From Macrostomum lignano (Eukaryota): a DNA stretch of 25,459 nucleotides. The position numbers and the translations under genes are program-made. The stretch's first letter is position 1; each line of letters begins with the position of its first letter. Shown here one piece after another: positions 20,549 to 25,459 of the stretch. The stretch covers positions 1 to 25,459 of the forward strand of contig NIVC01001118.1 in the NCBI GenBank assembly GCA_002269645.1. The letters run 5' to 3'. Under the pieces are notes generated by a model. It had not been told where the DNA came from and made no database searches. It saw only the letters and a list, made by a program, of their open reading frames with translations.

Positions 20549-20733
20549 CAGTGAGAACTGTAAAATACTGAGAACTGTAATCCTGAGAACTGTAAAATCC
20601 CAAGAACTGTAAAATCCCGAGAACTTAGGACCTCAGGACTGCAATCCTGAGAACCGTAATCCTGAGAACAGTAATCCTGAGAACTGCAATCCTGAGAAAT
20701 GAGGACCTGAAGACTGTAATCCTTAGAAACTGT
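20549..20733. repeat. Degenerate ~15-bp intronic repeat (CTGAGAACTGTAATC)
   Basis: Direct reading. Confidence 0.8.
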
Positions 20734-20831
20734 AACTTAAAAAATAGTACTGTGATGATGGAAACAATGCCATTATCAGTCCTGTTTAAGAGAAACTTTC
20801 CTAGAAAGAAATTAAGACTCAACTCACTCAC

Positions 20832-21089
20832 CAAGGCTAATCTGGGTAAACCGAACCTCGTCCGCGCTATCCAGTCGGTTCCAGACATTGACCCCGGCGA
20901 TTCGGTAGGACTGCAGCAGGTCCAGCATCCACCAGGGCACCGTGTCGCTGCCAGAGTTGCACACGCACTGAGCGGCGTTCACATAATGCCCATCAGTGTT
21001 GCCATTGTAGGCCAGCTCGGCAGACTGCACCGAAGTTAGCTGGGACGAAATTTTTGCCGGTAGAAACTTCGGCATCAGGACGGTTCGAG
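20832..21089 (-). CDS. F-type lectin (FTP) domain, N-terminal exon
   Basis: SSQ..AELAYNGN...C.....PWWMLDL...I..V.VWNRLD motifs. Acceptor CTCAG at 21091-90 and donor G|GTGAGT at 20832/20831; 258 nt, phase 1-1. Upstream (signal peptide) exon not located. Confidence 0.85.
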
Positions 21090-21189
21090 CTGAGCGTTGG
21101 GACGAGTTGTGTCGTTATAGAATTTATGACCTTCTAGACTAAAGTCTTGCAGAGCCGACAGCTCAGCCGCAGCCATTGCACGGCGGATC

Positions 21190-21391
21190 TGAAGGCTGCG
21201 TACGGCTGTTCAGTCCAAGGACTGGGGAGGAAGGGTCGCCACACAGTCTCAATTACCCCAGCTAATGCTGGCACCCATTTTATAGCTGGTTGAACTGAAA
21301 CAATGCAGATTTAAGCGTCTTGCTCAAGGACACAAGTTGTTCCCAGTGAGATTGAGAATCGAACCCCGACTTTCGAGTCGTAAGGACTGAC
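21190..21391 (-). mobile_element. tRNA-derived CORE-type SINE, 5'-truncated
   Basis: Minus strand has B box GGTTCGATTC followed by TGTGTCCTTGAGCAAGACGCTTAAA...CAG...TAAAATGGG, which resembles the MIR/CORE domain. 3' end uncertain. Confidence 0.75.
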
Positions 21392-21427
21392 AATCAGAAA
21401 GTCAAGGGAGACTGTACATATGATAGC

Positions 21428-22304
21428 CAAGGACCACTAGAAGAAGATGGACGGACACTTCGTTTCTTGGAAAATTTATTAAGGCTGATTTTCACGGAAA
21501 AATGCACTAGCGAGATAGGAACTTTTCACTTTTTCCACTTTAAAATGGTGATAGCTTTTTATTAGAAGCAGATACAAAGCTCTTCTTTTGATATAACTTA
21601 CAAAAACATGTTGCTTCGACGGATTTAATAAAGATTTTTTCATGAATAATTGATCTTCATATTATTTTAGTTACTAGCTATATATCATGCAGCAATATAG
21701 TCTAAAGCTAACTAGTGACTAACTTGAATTTTACAATATCTGTTTAATCGAATGCATCTATTTATTAGCAATATATCATTAAAAAACTGTTGCTATAATT
21801 ATATGCCCAATTCACTGCTTATTCATTATAGTTTATACTTTTTATATAAAATAAGTGTATTTAAATATGTAGCTACCTTAGATATATACTACTAGCTATG
21901 CCTAGACCTGGGCATATAATTATAGCCAACAGTTTTTTAATGATATATTGCTAATAAATAGATGCATTCGATTAAACAGATATTGTAAAATTCAAGTTAG
22001 TCACTAGTTAGCTTTAGACTATATTGCTGCATGATATAGCTAGCTAGTAACTAAAAGTCTAAAATAATATGAAGATCAATTATTCATGAAAAAATCTTGA
22101 TAAAATCCGTCGAAGCAACATGTTTTGTAAGTTATATCAAAAGAAGAGCTTTGTATCTGCTTCTAATAAACAGCTATCACCATTTAAAAGTGAAAAAAGT
22201 GAAAAGTTCCTATCTCGCTAGTGCATTTTTTCCGTGAAAATCAGCCTTTTAATAAATTTTCCAAGAAACGAAGTGTCCCGTCCTTTTTCTTTTAGTGTTC
22301 CTTG
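21428..22304. mobile_element. Foldback/MITE with ~390-bp TIRs and 8-bp TSD (hAT or P superfamily)
   Basis: Arms 21428-21809 and 21909-22304 are near-perfect inverses around a 99-bp spacer. Termini CAAGG...CCTTG. TSD ATGATAGC at 21420-27 and 22305-12. Confidence 0.9.
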
Positions 22305-22355
22305 ATGATAGCTCGTATATCAGTGGTAAGCCGCGAATGGGCATGACAGAGACTT

Positions 22356-22441
22356 TGGCCATAGACTACGCCTGTCTATGTCATAGTTTCGTATTGATAG
22401 GCTGAGTCGCATTCTGAGTCTTCAATCATAGTCTATGGCCA
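22356..22441. mobile_element. 86-bp mini inverted-repeat element
   Basis: TGGCCATAGACTA ... TAGTCTATGGCCA (13-bp perfect IR). Confidence 0.5.
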
Positions 22442-22611
22442 TGTTCTTATTAACACCGCTCGTGGGGGAGCGTATAAGGGGGAACCTCGTTTGGTTTGAC
22501 AGTTAATTCTCATTTAGATCGTCAAAAGCGATGCAACGACTAGATAGCTAGCTGTAAAAAATGATAAACTCACGCGTCCAGACAGACGAAATATTTAACA
22601 AAGTAAGAAAG

Positions 22612-22768
22612 GCAGAACGAGTTTCTCATGACGAGCAGGGCTGCAATTAGAGCTGAGTTGGGCTGTCTGTCTATCAGCTGAAACAGAAGCAGAACGAGTT
22701 TCTCCATGACGAGCAGGGGCTGCAATTAGAGCTGAGTTGGGCTGTCTGTCTATCAGCTGAAAAGAGAA
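22612..22768. repeat. Tandem duplication of ~77 bp
   Basis: GCAGAACGAGTTTCTC...TATCAGCTGAAA starts at 22612 and 22689; the copies differ mainly by 1-bp indels. Confidence 0.9.
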
Positions 22769-22978
22769 GAGTAGGCTTAGTTTAAGAAAGGCTTCGCCCC
22801 AACTAGGCCTTAGCAACTATTTGTTGTTAGGCTTTCTAACAAACTATCTTTCTGTCCGTAAGATCTTTCATGAGGTCTTCAACCCCATCTAGCATTGGCC
22901 TACCAATGATGGGCAGGTATAGGAAATGCAGAGTACATTTACAGTGTTGTGTAAACCCGTCTGTTGAGGGATTATGTA

Positions 22979-23080
22979 GAGATTATAGCCTAGTGGTTAG
23001 AGCGTCGGACTCACGACTGGAAAGTCGGGGGTTCGATTCGCGTTGCGTGTCGCCGACTGTGCGACAATGTCACTTAAAGT
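22979..23080 (+). mobile_element. tRNA-derived SINE head (same family as 21190-21391)
   Basis: A box TAGCCTAGTGG (22986) and B box GGTTCGATTCG (23030). GTCGGACTCACGACTGGAAAGTCGGGGGTTCGATTC closely matches the minus-strand copy. Acceptor and anticodon stems are poorly paired. Confidence 0.75.
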
Positions 23081-23548
23081 CCCGTTCCTAATGAAAAATT
23101 TGACTGCCTATCAAATATTCAAAAAATACAAAATATATATTTCCAACATTTCCAAATCGTAGATAGGTTAAGGAAGTTAAACATCAAGAGCTGGTATAGA
23201 CATAAAGTATTGAATGATTGCATAAAAGTTGGGAGAGAGACGAAGGCTAATTTTTTGTAAGTAACACGCCGATGACGAGTACTGGGAGTCTGTGTTGACT
23301 TCTCCTAGCCCACCTGCCCCTACTGCTATGTGCCAGTATCATTTTCTCATGGAGTCCGCTATGGAAATTTGTCTTATAATTTAGCAACAGCATTCACCTA
23401 AAAGCTCTGTAACCAATAGCAACAAAAACCTGTCCTATACACTCTCTTCGCAGGAAAGAATTTCCTCAAACATTTTTTTATTAAGAGCCCGCGCTACTGA
23501 AAGGGGGCCTCAGGCGCTCTCAAAGACTTCTACTCAGCTAAAAAAGTC

Positions 23549-23956
23549 TTGAATCCTACCCCAAGCGTATCCACGCATCTGACGTACTGTGCTCTCTGGG
23601 ATTTGGTCGGCAGTTTTCTTGGTGACAATCTACTCGGAGCCTCGGCGACTGAGCCTGCAGCCATTTGCTCGGCTTCGTCTGCCAGTTCGTGGAGCCGCCT
23701 GCCGCAACCAAGTCAGCCGGCTGCTGGACTCCAGCTGAGTTCAAGATCGAACCCGGAACGACACTTACTACTGCTACGATGAGCTGCAGCCGGTGGACTC
23801 GCTGAAAAGCCTGCCTGATACGAGCCTCCCTGTGTGGCAGCAGGTGCCGCAGCGCTCTGCGTACAACAGCCGGCTGGCCGCCTGCCGCCTGCTGCAGTTC
23901 GCCGACGCTCCGGTCGACCCGAAAATCGAGAGCAGCCTGGACTTGGTCAAGCTGGT
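23549..23956 (+). pseudogene. Disrupted C-type-lectin-like coding segment (end of one domain, start of the next)
   Basis: GC3-biased codons switch frame twice. Joined, they read YCALWDLVG...SLGD*ACSHLLGFVCQF (CTL C-terminal C..xD..C.....FVC pattern), then GCWTP...YYCY...LAACRLL...KIESSLDLVKLV (CTL N-terminal-like). Needs one TGA and two indels. Confidence 0.4.
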
Positions 23957-25368
23957 CGGGGCTGAGTGGGTCAGGCTGTCAGGGGCTGAGTGGGTCAGGC
24001 TGGTCAGGGTGAGTGGGTCAGGCTGGTCAGGGTCTGAGTGAGTCAAGCTGGTCAGGGGCTGAGTGGTCAAGCTGGTCAGGGTCTGAGTGGGTCAGCTGGT
24101 CAGGGCTGAGTGGGTCAGGCTGGTCAGGGGCTGAGTGGGTCAGGCTGGTCAGGGTCTGAGTGGGTCAAGCTGGTCAGGGTCTAAGTGGGTCAAGCTGGTC
24201 AGGGGCTGAGTGGGTCAAGCTGGTCAGGGTCTGAGTGGGTCAAGCTGGTCAGGGTCTGAGTGGGTCAGGCTGGTCAAGGTCTGAGTGGGTCAAGCTGGTC
24301 GGGCTGAGTGGGTCAGGCTGGTCAGGTCTGAGTGGGTCAAGCTGGTCGGGGCTGAGTGGGTCAGGCTGGTCAGGGTCTGAGTGGGTCAAGCTGGTCAGGG
24401 TCTGAGTGGGTCAAGCTGGTCAGGGTCTGAGTGGGTCAAGCTGGTCAGGGTCTGAGTGGGTCAAGTGGTCAGGGTGAGTGGGTCAAGCTGGTCAGGGGTT
24501 GAGTGGGTCAAGCTGGTCAGGGTCTGAGTGGGTCAAGCTGGTCAGGGTCTGAGTGGGTCAGGCTGGTCAGGGTCTGAGTGGGTCAAGTTGGTCAGGGGCT
24601 GAGTGGGTCAAGCTGGTCAGGGTCTGAGTGGGTCAAGCTGGTCAGGGTCTGAGTGGGTCAAGCTGGTCAGGGTCTGAGTGGGTCAGGCTGGTCAGGGTCT
24701 GAGTGGGTCAAGTTGGTCAGGGCTGAGTGGGTCAAGCTGGTCAGGGGCTGAGTGGGTCAAGCTGGTCAGGGGCTGAGTGGGTCAAGCTGGTCAGGGTCTG
24801 AGTGGTCAAGCTGGTCAGGGTCTGAGTGGGTCAGGCTGGTCAGGGTCTGAGTGGGTCAAGCTGGTCAGGGCTGAGTGGGTCAAGCTGGTCAGGGGCTGAG
24901 TGGGTCAAGTTGGTCAGGGGCTGAGTGGGTCAAGCTGGTCAGGGCTGAGTGGGTCAAGCTGGTCAGGGGCTGAGTGGGTCAAGCTGGTCAGGGCTGAGTG
25001 GGTCAAGCTGGTCAGGGGCTGAGTGGGTCAAGCTGGTCAGGGCTGAGTGGGTCAAGCTGGTCAGGGGCTGAGTGGGTCAAGCTGGTCAGGGCTGAGTGGG
25101 TCAAGCTGGTCAGGGGCTGAGTGGGTCAAGCTGGTCAGGGGCTGAGTGGGTCAAGCTGGTCAGGGGCTGACTGGGTCAAGCTGGTCAGGGCTGAGTGGGT
25201 CAAGCTGGTCAGGGGCTGAGTGGGTCAAGCTGGTCAGGGGCTGAGTGGGTCAAGCTGGTCAGGGGCTGAGTGGGTCAAGCTGGTCAGGGCTGAGTGGGTC
25301 AAGCTGGTCAGGGCTGAGTGGGTCAAGTTGGTCAGGGTCTGACTGGGTCAAGCTGGTCAGGGGCTGAG
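23945..25368. repeat. 25-bp minisatellite GGTCAAGCTGGTCAGGG(G/T)CTGAGTG (~57 copies)
   Basis: Direct reading; frequent 1-bp indel variants. Confidence 0.96.
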
Positions 25369-25459
25369 ACTAATCTGAAACAATATTAATTGGTTTAGGA
25401 AAGATACATTTTTTGAAAAAATGAATTTAGAAAAGAACTTTAATTTTATCAATCTTCGG

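Noticed and set aside
22570-22816. Signal-peptide first exon of the F-type lectin gene (minus-strand donor GTGAGT near 22570)
   Set aside because: The ATG-containing frame ends in phase 2 while the next exon needs phase 1; the phase-1 frame has no ATG.
22979-23055. Functional tRNA-Val(CAC) gene
   Set aside because: Acceptor and anticodon stems are badly mispaired, there is no T-run terminator, and the sequence matches the SINE head at 21360-21391.
23580-23740. Selenoprotein read-through of in-frame TGA codons
   Set aside because: Codon bias indicates frameshifts instead of a single frame, there is no CxxU-type context, and no SECIS was seen. The PLE ORF also has no internal TGA.

Overview
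Eukaryotic genomic DNA, probably from an invertebrate animal: it has spliceosomal introns, SINEs, MITEs and minisatellites, and no prokaryotic operons or CRISPR array. From left to right: (1) a near-perfect 183-bp tandem array of 53 units (141-9851). (2) An apparently intact Penelope-like retroelement (PLE, 11379-15445) with a 740-codon RT + GIY-YIG frame, 125-bp terminal direct repeats, one minimal hammerhead ribozyme and one degenerate hammerhead within a (CT)n tract. (3) Several minisatellites and non-autonomous DNA transposons. (4) Three exons of a minus-strand F-type lectin (FTP) + PAN/apple-like gene. (5) Two CORE-type SINE copies and a foldback element with an 8-bp TSD. (6) A disrupted plus-strand C-type-lectin-like coding segment that runs into a 25-bp minisatellite. 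The best novelty candidate is the PLE. Its Zn-knuckle/GIY-YIG module appears to lie inside the RT C-terminal linker instead of after it. Its ORF has no initiating AUG and starts at a splice acceptor, and a phase-compatible candidate upstream exon exists only downstream of the ORF. All calls come from reading motifs by eye; no searches or folding programs were run.
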